Positions 47,320 to 57,952 of a stretch of DNA of 64,000 bases are shown one piece after another. The stretch's first letter is position 1, and every line of letters begins with the position of its first letter. This stretch comes from Acidobacteriota bacterium (GTDB lineage: Bacteria; Acidobacteriota; UBA890), in assembly GCA_965216935.1 (NCBI GenBank), contig OZ244217.1, forward strand, positions 1,018,316 through 1,082,315. The letters are read 5' to 3'. The notes beneath the pieces were generated by a model that searched no databases, was not told the DNA's origin, and saw nothing but the letters and a program-made list of their open reading frames with translations. A program made the translations under genes and the position numbers.

Positions 47320-50300
47320 ATGGATCTCACACGTTTCGCGATCGAGAAGACCCGCACCACCATGGTCTTCTACCTCGTGGTCGCCGGCTTCGGCTACATC
47401 TCCTACCTCGGCATGTCGCGCGCCGAGGACCCCGGCTTCATCATCCGGGCGGCGCAGGTCACGACGGTTTTCCCGGGCGCCAGCCCGGAGCGCGTCGAGA
47501 TGCTGGTGACCGACAAGCTGGAGAAGGCGATCCAGGAGATGCCGGAGGTCGACTTCATCGTCAGCGAGTCGAAGACGGGCCTCTCGGTGATCGTCGTCAA
47601 CGTGCTCGAAAGCCTCACCGACATGCGCCCGATCTGGGACGATCTGCGGCGCAAGGTCGAGCGCGCCGCGCCCGATCTTCCCGCAGACGTCATCGGGCCG
47701 ACGGTGAACGACGAGTTCGGCGACGTATTCGGCACCATCGTGACGCTGTCCGCCGACGAAAACGAGTTCGAGTACGCCTACCTGAAGGACATCGCCGACG
47801 ACGTTCGCGACGAGCTGCTGCTGATCCACGAGGTTGCCAAGGTCGAGATCTTCGGCGCCCAGGACGAGCGCATCTTCGTCGAGTACAACAACGCGCGCTT
47901 GTCCGAGATCGGCATCGCTCCGGTGCAGCTGGCCCAGATCCTGGCGTCGCGCAACATCACCGCGCCGGGCGGCGACGTGATCACCGATTCCGAGCGCATC
48001 GTGCTCGAGCCGTCGGGCAACTTCGAGAGTCTCGAGGACCTCCGCAACACCGTGGTCAACCTGCCGGGCAGCCGCGACGTCATCCTGCTGCAGGACGTCG
48101 CCCAGATCTACCGCGGCTACATCGACCCGCCGGAGTCCATGACGCGGGCCTCCGGAGCCCGCAGCCTGGCTCTGGCGATCTCGTTGCGTGAGGGTGGCAA
48201 CATCCTGGCGCTGGGTGAGGCGGTTCGCGCCAAGGTCGAGGAGCTGCAGGGCATCTATCCGATCGGCATCGAGTTCGACTTCCTGCAGTTCCAGGCCCAG
48301 GAGGTACAGCGCCTGGTCGACGATTTCATCGGCAACTTGCTGCAGGCGGTGGGCATCGTCACGCTGGTGATGTTGCTCTTCCTCGGACTGCGCACCGGGT
48401 TCGTCGTCGCCAGCCTCATTCCCATGGCGATCCTGATGGCGCTGATGATCATGGGCATCGGCGGGACCGGGCTGGACCAGATCTCGATCGCGGCGCTGAT
48501 CATGGCCCTGGGGATGCTGGTGGACAACGCCATCGTCATGTCCGAGTCGATCATGACCCAAATGGCCGAGGGCAAGCCGCGGGTCGAAGCGGCGGTGGAC
48601 TCGGCGCGGGAGCTCCGTATTCCCTTGCTGACCTCCTCGCTGACCACGTGCGCCGCCTTCCTGCCGATCTACCTGGCCGAGGCCGCCGTGGGTGAGTACA
48701 CCGCGGCGCTTTTCGTCGTCATCACGATCACGCTGCTGAGCTCGTGGCTCATCGCCTTGACCCTCATTCCTCTTCTCTGCGTCCTCTTCGTCCGCGTGAA
48801 GGTCCGTGCTCCGGTCGAGGATGCCGAGGATGCGGACGACGCGAGCGCCTACGACACCCGCTTCTACCGTCTCTATCGGGCCGCCCTACTCGCCGGCCTC
48901 AAACATCGGTTCGTGGCGCTTGCCGGGGTGGTCGTCACCTTCATGGCGGCGATGAACCTCTTCGGGCTGGTGCCGCAGATCTTCTTCCCGCCGAACGAGC
49001 GCGCCACGCTGACGGGCGAGCTGCTCCTGCCGACCGGCACGCCCTTTCGGGCGACGGAAGCGCTGGTACGGGAGTTCGATCGCTTCATCGCCGAGAACCT
49101 CGCGGCCGACGGCGAGGGCGGGGAGGGGATCGTCAACTGGGGCGTCTTCATCGGCCAGGGTGCGCCGCGGTTCATCCTCCCGTTCACGCCCGAGAATCCG
49201 CGGCCCGAATACGCCGGCATGATCCTGAACACCACCTCGCGCGCCGAGGTCGACCGGGTCATCCCACAGCTCGAGGCGTTCGCGCGGGAGAACTTCCCCG
49301 ACCTCAAGGCGGTGTTCATCCCGCTGCAGCTCGGTCCCCCCGCCTGGCCCCCGGTCGAGGTACGTATCTCCGGGACCGACGCAGACACCATTTTCGCCAT
49401 CGTCGACGACGTCAAGGAGCAGCTCCGTCGCACCCCCGGGACGAAGAACATCGACGACGATTGGGGAGCTCGCACCAAGAAGCTGCTGGTCGAGGTCAAC
49501 CAGCCGCGGGCGTTGCGGGCCGGTGTGTCGAGCCAGGACATCGCCGTCTCATTGCAGAGCTTCCTCACCGGGTTCGATACGACCGAGTTTCGCGAAGGGG
49601 ACAAGATCATTCCCGTCACCCTGCGGTCGGTCGACACCCAGCGCAACGACGTGAATCGCATCGAGTCGCTGAACGTTTACTCGCAGGGCACCGGTCAGTC
49701 GGTACCGCTCGCCCAGGTGGCCGACGTTCACGTCGAGTGGCAACCGGCGCTCATCCACCGTCGCGACCGGCTCAAGACGGTAACCGTGGAGTCGGCCCTG
49801 CAGCCCGGGTACACCGCCGCGGACATCAACGCCGCGATCACGCCGTGGCTCGAGGAGGCGCAGCAGGGCTGGCCGCGCGGCTATTCGTGGTCGCTGGGCG
49901 GCGCCGAAGCCGAGTCGGAAAAGGGGAACCAGGCCATCGGCGCCAAGCTGCCGATCGCGGCGATGATCATCCTGATGTTGCTGGTGGCCCAGTTCAACTC
50001 GATCCGCCGTCCGCTGATCATCCTGATGACGATTCCGCTGGCCCTCATCGGCGTCGTTATCGGCCTGCTGGTCTTCGACCTCTACTTCGGCTTCATGACG
50101 CTCCTGGGGGTGATCTCTCTCGCCGGGATTGTCATCAACAACGCCATCGTCTTGCTCGATCGCATCAACATCGAGATCAACGACGAGGGCCGGACGCCCG
50201 CCCGCGCCGTCGTCGAGGCGGCCCAGCGGCGCTTGCGCCCGATCCTGCTGACGACGACCACCACCATCGGCGGGCTGTTGCCGCTCTACCTCGGCGGCGG

Positions 50301-50430
50301 CGCGATGTGGGAGCCGATGGCGATGACGATCATGGCGGGCCTCCTGTTCGCCACGGTCCTGACGCTGGGTGTCGTGCCGATCCTGTATTCGGTAATGTTC
50401 GGCGTCAGCTTCAAGGATTTCGAGTACTGA
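47320..50430 (+). CDS. RND family efflux transporter permease (AcrB/AcrD/AcrF-like, 12 TM)
   Basis: It is 1036 aa with an [41 protein letters not shown]-terminus. There are two large periplasmic loops. The conserved TM4/TM10 regions ([28 protein letters not shown]) are present. Confidence 0.9.
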   Translation: MDLTRFAIEKTRTTMVFYLVVAGFGYISYLGMSRAEDPGFIIRAAQVTTVFPGASPERVEMLVTDKLEKAIQEMPEVDFIVSESKTGLSVIVVNVLESLTDMRPIWDDLRRKVERAAPDLPADVIGPTVNDEFGDVFGTIVTLSADENEFEYAYLKDIADDVRDELLLIHEVAKVEIFGAQDERIFVEYNNARLSEIGIAPVQLAQILASRNITAPGGDVITDSERIVLEPSGNFESLEDLRNTVVNLPGSRDVILLQDVAQIYRGYIDPPESMTRASGARSLALAISLREGGNILALGEAVRAKVEELQGIYPIGIEFDFLQFQAQEVQRLVDDFIGNLLQAVGIVTLVMLLFLGLRTGFVVASLIPMAILMALMIMGIGGTGLDQISIAALIMALGMLVDNAIVMSESIMTQMAEGKPRVEAAVDSARELRIPLLTSSLTTCAAFLPIYLAEAAVGEYTAALFVVITITLLSSWLIALTLIPLLCVLFVRVKVRAPVEDAEDADDASAYDTRFYRLYRAALLAGLKHRFVALAGVVVTFMAAMNLFGLVPQIFFPPNERATLTGELLLPTGTPFRATEALVREFDRFIAENLAADGEGGEGIVNWGVFIGQGAPRFILPFTPENPRPEYAGMILNTTSRAEVDRVIPQLEAFARENFPDLKAVFIPLQLGPPAWPPVEVRISGTDADTIFAIVDDVKEQLRRTPGTKNIDDDWGARTKKLLVEVNQPRALRAGVSSQDIAVSLQSFLTGFDTTEFREGDKIIPVTLRSVDTQRNDVNRIESLNVYSQGTGQSVPLAQVADVHVEWQPALIHRRDRLKTVTVESALQPGYTAADINAAITPWLEEAQQGWPRGYSWSLGGAEAESEKGNQAIGAKLPIAAMIILMLLVAQFNSIRRPLIILMTIPLALIGVVIGLLVFDLYFGFMTLLGVISLAGIVINNAIVLLDRINIEINDEGRTPARAVVEAAQRRLRPILLTTTTTIGGLLPLYLGGGAMWEPMAMTIMAGLLFATVLTLGVVPILYSVMFGVSFKDFEY

Positions 50431-50512
50431 TCGACAGCAACGGCTGACCGCTCGCGCGCACGGCCGTTCTCATGCCGTCCCGTTTCGCCGGGCGGTCCCG
50501 GGAGGTTGCAGC

Positions 50513-50965
50513 GTGAGCGTCATCGAGCTTCGTATCCAGCGGTTGCCCCACGCCGAGGGGCTCGAGCTACCCGCCTACCAGACGTCAGGCTCGTCGGGGA
50601 TGGACCTGCGCGCGGCCGTCGACGAGTCCGTCCGGATCGCCAGCGCCGAGGGCGCCGTGATCCCGACCGGATTGATGCTGGAGATACCCCTGGGCTACGA
50701 GGGCCAGGTGCGAACGCGCTCCGGCCTGGCGGCGAATCACGGCCTCGCCGTGCTCAACTCGCCCGGCACGATCGACGCCGACTACCGCGGCGAGGTGAAG
50801 GTGATCCTGATCAACATGGGATCCGAAACCGTGACCATCGATCGCGGAGATCGCATCGCCCAATTGGTCGTCGCGCCCGTCGCCCGGGTAGTCGTCGCCG
50901 AGGTGGAATCGGTCGACGAGACGGCACGGGGACAGGGCGGTCTCGGTTCCACCGGTACCAAGTAG
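50513..50965 (+). CDS. dut: dUTP diphosphatase
   Basis: It is colinear with E. coli Dut. The motifs are [41 protein letters not shown] and a C-terminal [10 protein letters not shown]. Confidence 0.9.
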   Translation: MSVIELRIQRLPHAEGLELPAYQTSGSSGMDLRAAVDESVRIASAEGAVIPTGLMLEIPLGYEGQVRTRSGLAANHGLAVLNSPGTIDADYRGEVKVILINMGSETVTIDRGDRIAQLVVAPVARVVVAEVESVDETARGQGGLGSTGTK

Positions 50966-51048
50966 CCGGGCGGAACAAAAGGCGCGGTCGTGAGGCGCGC
51001 AATCGAGACACGAGGCACGAGCGCGAAGTATGGCGGGCCCCGCAGACG

Positions 51049-53526
51049 TCAGTCTTGTTTCAACGCCACCATCGGGTCCACCGAGGCGGCGTGCCGGGCC
51101 GGAATCGCCGCCGCAACGAACGCGGCGACGACCACCACGGCAACGGCGACGGCGAACGTCACCGGGTCGCGGGTGCCGACGCCGTAGACGATCGAGCCCA
51201 GCGCGCGGAGGCTGCCGAGCGCCGCCAGCACCCCGACGACGATGCCGAGCGCCGTGACCGTTCCGGCGCCGCGCATGACCAGCCGGTAGAGGTCCTTCCG
51301 CTCCGCTCCCAGTGCCTTGCGGACGCCGAGCTCGCGGGTGTGCGTGGCCACGGCAAAGGACAGCACGCCATACAGGCCGACGGTCGCCAGGGTCAGTGCC
51401 GTGACGCCGAAGAAGTTCAGCAACCACATGAGCACACGCTGCTTTGCCAGTGCTTGTGCCAGCCGGTCCTCCATGGAGCGGACGTTGTACACCGGGATCT
51501 TCGGATCGAGCTCGTGGACGATCCGCGAGACCGCCGGCGCAAGCGCGGCGGGGTCGGTCCGAGAGGCGGCGGATCCGTTGCTTGCTTCGGCGTCGATCCG
51601 GAGCACACCGAAGAGCGCCCGCGACGCCGACGCGGCATGCGGCATGAAAACCGCCGGGCGCGTATCGGCATCGAGCCCGTAGTGACGAACCGTTTCCACC
51701 ACGCCGACGATGGTGACGCGCTCGGTGAAGTCGTTGCCGATCCACTTCCCCACGGCATCTTCGACCGGCCAGAAGCGCTCGGCGAAGTCACGATTGACGA
51801 TCGCCACTTGCGGCTCGCCGTCGTCGCCGCTGTCGAACGTGCGCCCGGCGACGACGTCGACCTGCATGGCTTCGAAGTAGCCCGGCGTTGCCACCATGAC
51901 GTCCGCGACGATACGGGCGTCCGGGTTGTCTTCGTTGAATCCCTCGACGACGTAGTCGGTCCAGGCGAGGCCCCGGGTCAGCGGGAGCATCGACGTTCCG
52001 CCCGCATGGGTGACCCCCGGCAGGTTGCCCAGACGGGTGAACACCTGTTCGTAGAAGCGAACTCGTGCGTCCGCGTCCCGGTAGCGGGGCCCCACGAGCG
52101 GGACGCGGAACGACAACGTCCCTTGCGGGTTGAATCCGGGGTCGACCGCCTGCAGCTCACGGAAAGTGCGCACCAGGAGCCCGGCGCCGATGACCAGGAG
52201 CAGCGACAGGGCGACCTGCATGACGACCAGCAGGCGCGAGCCGTCGCGCCGCCAGGCCGAGCGGGCCCCTACCGCGGTGGCGCCCTGGCGCAGGACGTCG
52301 CCCGGCTGGACCCGAGAGGTTCGAATCGCCGGACCCAAGCCGAACAGCAGGCTCGAAAGCAGGCACAGGGCGGCGGCGAAGATCAACACCGGTGCATCGA
52401 CGGCGACGTCGCGCAGACGAGGCAGCTCATCCGGCGCCGCGATGTGGAGCGCTCGCACACCGAGCACCGCCACCGCCAGTCCGCCCGCACCGCCCAGGAG
52501 CGAGAGAAGCAGGCTCTCGATCAGTGCACGCGACATCATGCGACCGCGGTGGGCGCCGAGGGCGGCGCGGATGCCGAGCTCGCGCTGGCGTGTGGCGGCG
52601 CGGGTGAGCATCAGGTTGGCGACGTTGGCGCAGGCGATGGCCAGCAGCGCCGTGGTTGCCGCGAGGAGAACGACGAGATACAAGCGCGCTCCGCCGACGA
52701 TCTGATCGAAGAGCGGCACAACGGCGATGAAAAACTCGCTGCCCACCGTGAGCCCGGCGCCCAGAGCCCCGGGATCGTCGGAAAAGACCTGTGCTACCTC
52801 CAGAAGCTCCGTGTCGAGCCGGTCTCGGGTAGCGTTGGCCCGCAGCTTGCCGATGACGTTGAAGTTTTCCGAGCCACGCGACGAGCGTTGCGGATCCGAC
52901 AGGGGGAACGAGAGCAGCAGGTCGAATTCGGGGACGGTCACCAGCGGCACCATCATATCGGCGTCCAGGACCATCGAGGGCAACACACCGACGACCTCCA
53001 GCCGGTTTCCGTCGATCATCAGCGTGCGGCCGATGAGGGCCGGATCGGCGGAGAACTGCTGGCGGTAGAGGCGCTCTCCCAAGATCACCTTGCGCGGCGC
53101 GTCCGGGACGTCGTCGGTCGCTTCGAACCTCCTCCCGGCGATCGGCATGATGCCCATGACGTCGAAGAAGGACGACGAGACGCGGAGGGCGCCCAGTCGA
53201 GTGGGCTCGAGATCGTCTCCGGTGAGGGTGACCTCCTGTCCGAAGCTCACCGCGACGTGCTCGAGGCTCGTCGCTCCCTCGCGGATGTCGAAGTACTGGG
53301 CCGCCGAGAACCAATCCTCGGTGACGCCGACACCCGGCGCCCGTTGCCACAACATGACCAGGCGGTCCTGGTCGGGGAACGGCAAGGGACGCAACAAGAC
53401 GCCATTGACGACGCTGTAGATCGCGGTCGTGGCGCCGACGGCGAGCGAAAGGGTGATGACCACGACCGCCGAGAACCCGGGCGCCCGAACCAAGGCGCGG
53501 GCAGCGTACTTGAGCTCCTGCATCAT
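51049..53526 (-). CDS. ABC transporter permease with duplicated FtsX/MacB-like domains ('ADOP'-type), no prefix domain
   Basis: The N-terminus is MMQELKYAARALVRAPGFSAVVVITLSLAVGATTAIYSVVNGVLLRP. There are two FtsX 4-TM modules. It is a paralog of 35064..37925 and 55246..57942. Confidence 0.8.
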   Translation of the reverse strand: MMQELKYAARALVRAPGFSAVVVITLSLAVGATTAIYSVVNGVLLRPLPFPDQDRLVMLWQRAPGVGVTEDWFSAAQYFDIREGATSLEHVAVSFGQEVTLTGDDLEPTRLGALRVSSSFFDVMGIMPIAGRRFEATDDVPDAPRKVILGERLYRQQFSADPALIGRTLMIDGNRLEVVGVLPSMVLDADMMVPLVTVPEFDLLLSFPLSDPQRSSRGSENFNVIGKLRANATRDRLDTELLEVAQVFSDDPGALGAGLTVGSEFFIAVVPLFDQIVGGARLYLVVLLAATTALLAIACANVANLMLTRAATRQRELGIRAALGAHRGRMMSRALIESLLLSLLGGAGGLAVAVLGVRALHIAAPDELPRLRDVAVDAPVLIFAAALCLLSSLLFGLGPAIRTSRVQPGDVLRQGATAVGARSAWRRDGSRLLVVMQVALSLLLVIGAGLLVRTFRELQAVDPGFNPQGTLSFRVPLVGPRYRDADARVRFYEQVFTRLGNLPGVTHAGGTSMLPLTRGLAWTDYVVEGFNEDNPDARIVADVMVATPGYFEAMQVDVVAGRTFDSGDDGEPQVAIVNRDFAERFWPVEDAVGKWIGNDFTERVTIVGVVETVRHYGLDADTRPAVFMPHAASASRALFGVLRIDAEASNGSAASRTDPAALAPAVSRIVHELDPKIPVYNVRSMEDRLAQALAKQRVLMWLLNFFGVTALTLATVGLYGVLSFAVATHTRELGVRKALGAERKDLYRLVMRGAGTVTALGIVVGVLAALGSLRALGSIVYGVGTRDPVTFAVAVAVVVVAAFVAAAIPARHAASVDPMVALKQD

Positions 53527-53698
53527 TGCCGCGTCTTCGCTACGTGCGGGGCGGGCGCACCGGGTCGTTGGGCGTGTTCCGTCGCATGGGGAGCCTGTTG
53601 GCTGGGCGCATCATAGCAGCTTGCCGGTGTCGGTTGTCCAGCGACCCGCTGCGACAGACCCTCTCCGCAGCATGCGGGAGCACTGGCTTCCTCGGGGC

Positions 53699-54509
53699 GA
53701 TGACGCCGGAGATGCCCAGCCGGTACCATGGGCGCATGACCCTCGTCGCGCCTCTCGTTGCCCTCGGGCTCGCCATGACCCACGCCGCCGCTCCCATCCA
53801 GCGCCAGACACTGACTCTCGACGACGGGTCCGACCTGCGCTACGCGATCTCCGTTCCCGCCGGCTACGACGGATCCGAGCCGGCTCCGATGATCCTGGCT
53901 TTGCATTTCGGCTGGGGAGAGGCGCTGCCGCCGAACTACAGCGCCGTTTTTCTCGAGATCCTGGTGGAGCCGGCCCTACGCGAGCTGGGCGCGATCATCG
54001 TCGCTCCGCTGTGCCCGGCGCGCACCTGGGTGGATCCGCGCAGTGAGGCGGCGGTCCTTTCGCTGCTGGAGCACGTTCGATCGGCGTACCGGATCGACCC
54101 GGCACGCACGGCGGTGACCGGGTTCAGCCTCGGCGGCATGGGGACCTGGTACTACGCCTCGCATCACCCCGAGCTGTTCGCCGCGGCGATTCCGGTTGCC
54201 AGCGTGCCGATGGTGGCGCAAACGACCGAGAGCGGGGCGGAAACGGTGCGGCGTTATGTCGAGTCCGGCAGCGTCGACTGGCCCTCATCCCTGGTCGAGA
54301 TGCCGCTGTACATCATGCACAGCCGCGACGACGAGCTCATTCCCATCGAGCCGGTCGAGCGGGCGACGGCGGAGCTGCGGGCGCTCGGCGCCGAGGTCGA
54401 ATTCCTTGCGATCGACGCCGGCATCGGTCACCACGAAACCCCCCGCTACGTGCCTTTCCTGCAACGCGCGGTGCCGTGGTTGCAGTCCGTCTGGGCAGAT
54501 TCGCGGTGA
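53699..54509 (+). CDS. Alpha/beta hydrolase (esterase/lipase-like), secreted
   Basis: The signal/hydrophobic N-terminus is MTLVAPLVALGLAMTHAAAP. The nucleophile elbow is GFSLGGMGTW (GxSxG). The ALHFGWGE oxyanion region is present. The start is ambiguous (53699 or 53738). The 5' part of the 53526 ORF is antisense to the permease and is rejected. Confidence 0.65.
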
Positions 54510-54660
54510 GCCGCGACCTCGCCGGGGGTATGAGCTGATGCGATACCTGGTCCGGGCCAGGCTCAAGGAAGGCCGGCGCGAAGCCCTCGAGAAGGCGATC
54601 CAGGACGGCAGCCTCGGGGCGGGATCGATCGCCCGCGGTGCCTACGCCAAGGCTATGTGA

Positions 54661-54937
54661 GCAGGCCGTGGTGAACGTGTGATGGGTCTGGCGAAGGGGA
54701 GTTGCGTGAGAGGACAAGGCGAGCCGACGCAGGCGATGCCTGTGCGCATCGTCGAGGAGGCCCAACGTCGTCATCGCGCGCAACCCCCCTTCGCCCAAAG
54801 GGTTACGAGGTAAAGAGGCCGCCTGCGGCGTTCCCGCTCCTCGACGATGCGCATCGGCATCGCCCTCGTCGCGGCGCCTTGCATCCAGCCTCTTTTCCTC
54901 GCAACCAGACCCATCACACGTTCACCACGGCCTGCTA
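54661..54937. repeat. Roughly 277-bp imperfect palindromic element with perfect 31-bp terminal inverted repeats (MITE-like or long-hairpin RNA candidate)
   Basis: 54661-54691 gcaggccgtggtgaacgtgtgatgggtctgg is the exact reverse complement of 54907-54937. The adjacent about 70-100 nt of each arm are also mutually complementary at roughly 80% (for example tgcgcatcgtcgaggag on both arms). It lies in a 735-bp non-coding island. Confidence 0.6.
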
Positions 54938-55245
54938 GAAGCGCGGCGCTTCGACGACGGCTCCATCCGATGGGTCGAAGTCTGTTATTGCCCGACCCCG
55001 TTGGAGGAAGAGACGCCCTACTGGGAGGAGTATTTCGAGCTCGAGCGCGTCGCCAACGCCCACAACCCGGCCAAGTGCCGCGACGAGAACGGCACCGAGC
55101 CCTGGGCGTGCAGCAGCTGCGACTGCACCGAGCGTCTCGAGGCCTGGTTGCAGCGGCAAGGGTCACCGTTTCGTCCATCAACGGACGACGACTGAGGCCC
55201 CGTTTGCAGCTCTGATCGCGCTGCAAGCCCACACGCTGCGGGTGC

Positions 55246-57942
55246 CTACTGATCGCGTCGCAAGACCACCACGGGGTCGATCGCTGCGGCGCGCCGGGCG
55301 GGCAGGCTGCAGGCCAAGAGGGCAACCGCGACGAGCGTCGCGCCGACGGCGACGAAGGTGGCGGGGTCGTTGGGGCTGGTCTCGTACAGTAGGTGGGCGA
55401 ACGCCCGGCCGAGCGCCAGGCCGGCGGCGGTACCGACTGTCAGGCCGAGCGCGGCCAGGGCCGCGCCTTCCAGCAGGATCGCGCGAACCACGGCCGCCGG
55501 GCTTGCGCCGAGCGCGACCCGAACGCCGATCTCCTGCCGGCGGCGGGTGACGCCGTAGGCCATGACGCCGAACACGCCGATGGCGGCGAGGGTCAGCGCC
55601 AATGCCGCGAACCCGGACAGCAGCCAGGTGTTCAGACGCTCCTGCGCCATCGAGCGCTTCGTTCTTTCGACCAGTAGCTCCACCGAGTAGATGGGTAGCT
55701 CGGGGTCTAGGTCGGCGACGACGCGGCGAATTCCGGGTATCAGCGAAGCCGGATCGCCGCTCGAGCGGACAACGTAGGACATGACCGAGCGGGCGTCGTA
55801 CTGGCCGAACGGCCAGTACATTGCCGGGGGCGCCGAGCTGGATGGCCCGGAAAGTCGGACGTCTTCGACCACGCCGACGACTTCGAGCTCGTCCGGATGG
55901 TGACCCCAACCGGTCGTGACCCGGCGACCGATCGGGTTGTCGTCGCCGAAAAGCCGGGTCGCGGCCGTCTGGTTGAGAATGATCACGGGCGGGGCCCCGG
56001 GGACGTCCGTTTCGTCGAAGCTACGGCCCTGCAGCACGCGCGTTCCCATCGCCTCGAGAAAGCCGGGCGTGGTGTGACGGAACTGCACCTGCTCGAGCGG
56101 GGAGGCCTGGTCGCCGACGATGCTCAGCTCGGTCGTCTGCGAGGCGAAGAAGGGCAGCAATCCGACACCGCCGACCGCCTCGACGCCGGGATACCGGGCC
56201 AGCTCGCCGCGCAGCCGTGTACTGAACGCGGCCCAGTCCTCGGTGGCTTCGTATCGGGTCGTCGGCAGGCCGATGCGGAACGTCACCGCTCCCTGAGCAT
56301 CGAAGCCCGCGTCTACGCCCTGAAGCCGGGTCAGGCTCTTGACCAGGAGGCCGGCGCCCAGCACCAGCACGACGGCGAGGGAGATCTCCGCCACCACCAG
56401 GGCGCGATGAAGGCCGAAGCCTCCGCTTCCGGCGAGCGTCCGAGATGCGGACTTCATCGGCGTCGAAAGATCACGCCGAACGGTCCGCAGCGCCGGTATC
56501 AGCCCGACGCCGATACCGGTGACGCAACTGATTGTGAAAGCGAAGCCGAGGATCCGGAGGTCCATCGATACCGAAGTCACGCGTGGCAGCTCGGCCGCCA
56601 ACGTATCGATCGCCGCCCGCACGCCGAGGGACGCGAGCACGACGCCGAGCGCGCCCCCGATCAGCGTCAGCGCCAGGGCTTCGGCGAGAAGCTGGCGCAT
56701 GAGCCGGCCGGTGCTGGCCCCCAGTGCCGAGCGCAGGGCGATCTCCCGGCCGCGCGCGTCCGAGCGCGCCAGCAGGATCGAAGCGACGTTGGTGCAGGCG
56801 ATCAAGAGCAAGATACCAACGGCGCCGAGCAGCATCATCAGCGGCCGGTCGACGTCGCCGAGGATCTGTTCTTGGAGGGGTTGCAGCGTGGCGCCGCGGT
56901 CCTCGTGGGAATCCGGGTGGGCGGCGGCGAGGCGGTCCGCGAAGCCGGCCACTTCTTCGTTCGCGACGGAATGGGGGACTCCCTCGGCGATCCGACCGAT
57001 TACCGGGTACATGTGCCCGCCGCGGTTCCGGAGGCCGCTTTCGGTGATCTCGAACGGCACCCAGAGGGCGGGCTCGCCGCTGCCGAGGTCGATGTTCTCG
57101 GGGGCGATCCCGATGATGGTGTGGTCGACACCGTCCAGGCGCAGCGGCTGGCCGAGAACGGCCCGGTCGGCGCCGTATCGGGTTCGCCAGAAGTTGTTTC
57201 CGAGGATCGTCACCGGGGCCGCGCCCTCGGCTTCGTCGGCGGGCGCGAACGGACGTCCGAGCGCCAGAGGCAACCCCAGCGTCTCGAAGAGCCCCGGGCT
57301 GACCCGCATCCCTCGGATCCGGGAGGCGTCGCCGTCCCGAGAAAGGGTCAACGAGGCCGTTTGATATACGGCGACGCTGTCCAGGTTCGCCACCTGCTCG
57401 CGCAGGTCGACGAAGTCGGGCATCGACAGCGACCAGGTATCGCCGTCGGGCAGTGTCTCGTGGACACGGACGAGACGCTCTGCCGCGGGAAACGGCAGGG
57501 GTTGCAGCAGGACGCCGTTGACGATGGTGAAGACTGCCGTCGTGGCGCCGATGCCCAGCGCCAACGTGAGTAGGATAACGGCGGTTGTCAGCGGCGTCGC
57601 TCGCCAGCCGCGAGCAGCGCTGCGCAGGTCGAAGAACAGGTCGTTCAAGATGTCTCTCCGCGGGGAGCGCGGGGGAGTGGGTGTCGAGGCGTTGGTGCGG
57701 AAGAGCGCGGGTCGGCCGGGTCGCTGCGCCGTCTCGTACCGCTCGCGGAAGGCCGTCGACAGAACGGACCCGAGCTCCTTGCAGGCGAAACGGAGTCGCG
57801 TCCACGGGCCGGCGTCGGTCATCTCTCGAAAACGCTCACGGAAGGTCTCTTCCATGCCGACCCCCCAGGCGTGGCGTGATTCGGCCGGGTACAGTCGCAG
57901 CAGCAACGCGTACGCGCGTATCAGTGGGTGTCCTCGGGTCAT
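55246..57942 (-). CDS. ABC transporter permease with duplicated FtsX/MacB-like domains ('ADOP'-type) and an N-terminal 'permease prefix' domain
   Basis: The N-terminal YALLLRLYPAESRHAWGVGMEETFRERFRE prefix is followed by ILNDLFFDLRSAARGWRATP and two FtsX modules. It is 898 aa. Confidence 0.8.
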   Translation of the reverse strand: MTRGHPLIRAYALLLRLYPAESRHAWGVGMEETFRERFREMTDAGPWTRLRFACKELGSVLSTAFRERYETAQRPGRPALFRTNASTPTPPRSPRRDILNDLFFDLRSAARGWRATPLTTAVILLTLALGIGATTAVFTIVNGVLLQPLPFPAAERLVRVHETLPDGDTWSLSMPDFVDLREQVANLDSVAVYQTASLTLSRDGDASRIRGMRVSPGLFETLGLPLALGRPFAPADEAEGAAPVTILGNNFWRTRYGADRAVLGQPLRLDGVDHTIIGIAPENIDLGSGEPALWVPFEITESGLRNRGGHMYPVIGRIAEGVPHSVANEEVAGFADRLAAAHPDSHEDRGATLQPLQEQILGDVDRPLMMLLGAVGILLLIACTNVASILLARSDARGREIALRSALGASTGRLMRQLLAEALALTLIGGALGVVLASLGVRAAIDTLAAELPRVTSVSMDLRILGFAFTISCVTGIGVGLIPALRTVRRDLSTPMKSASRTLAGSGGFGLHRALVVAEISLAVVLVLGAGLLVKSLTRLQGVDAGFDAQGAVTFRIGLPTTRYEATEDWAAFSTRLRGELARYPGVEAVGGVGLLPFFASQTTELSIVGDQASPLEQVQFRHTTPGFLEAMGTRVLQGRSFDETDVPGAPPVIILNQTAATRLFGDDNPIGRRVTTGWGHHPDELEVVGVVEDVRLSGPSSSAPPAMYWPFGQYDARSVMSYVVRSSGDPASLIPGIRRVVADLDPELPIYSVELLVERTKRSMAQERLNTWLLSGFAALALTLAAIGVFGVMAYGVTRRRQEIGVRVALGASPAAVVRAILLEGAALAALGLTVGTAAGLALGRAFAHLLYETSPNDPATFVAVGATLVAVALLACSLPARRAAAIDPVVVLRRDQ

Positions 57943-57952
57943 CGGATCGGCC

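Noticed and set aside
46000-48561. 853-aa minus-strand ORF antisense to the MFP and RND genes
   Set aside because: Antisense artefact. It reads through the tandem repeat as HYRLRVV repeats but has no other support.
50506-53616. 1036-aa plus-strand ORF overlapping dut and antisense to the ADOP permease
   Set aside because: Extremely R/G/D-rich low-complexity translation. It overlaps the well-conserved dut in another frame and is antisense to a permease with clear TM architecture.
55001-55195. 64-codon Cys-containing small ORF (TTG start) just right of the palindromic element
   Set aside because: No RBS, a TTG start and a high random-ORF background in this GC content. It is kept only as part of the non-coding island description. 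It would need conservation or Ribo-seq support.
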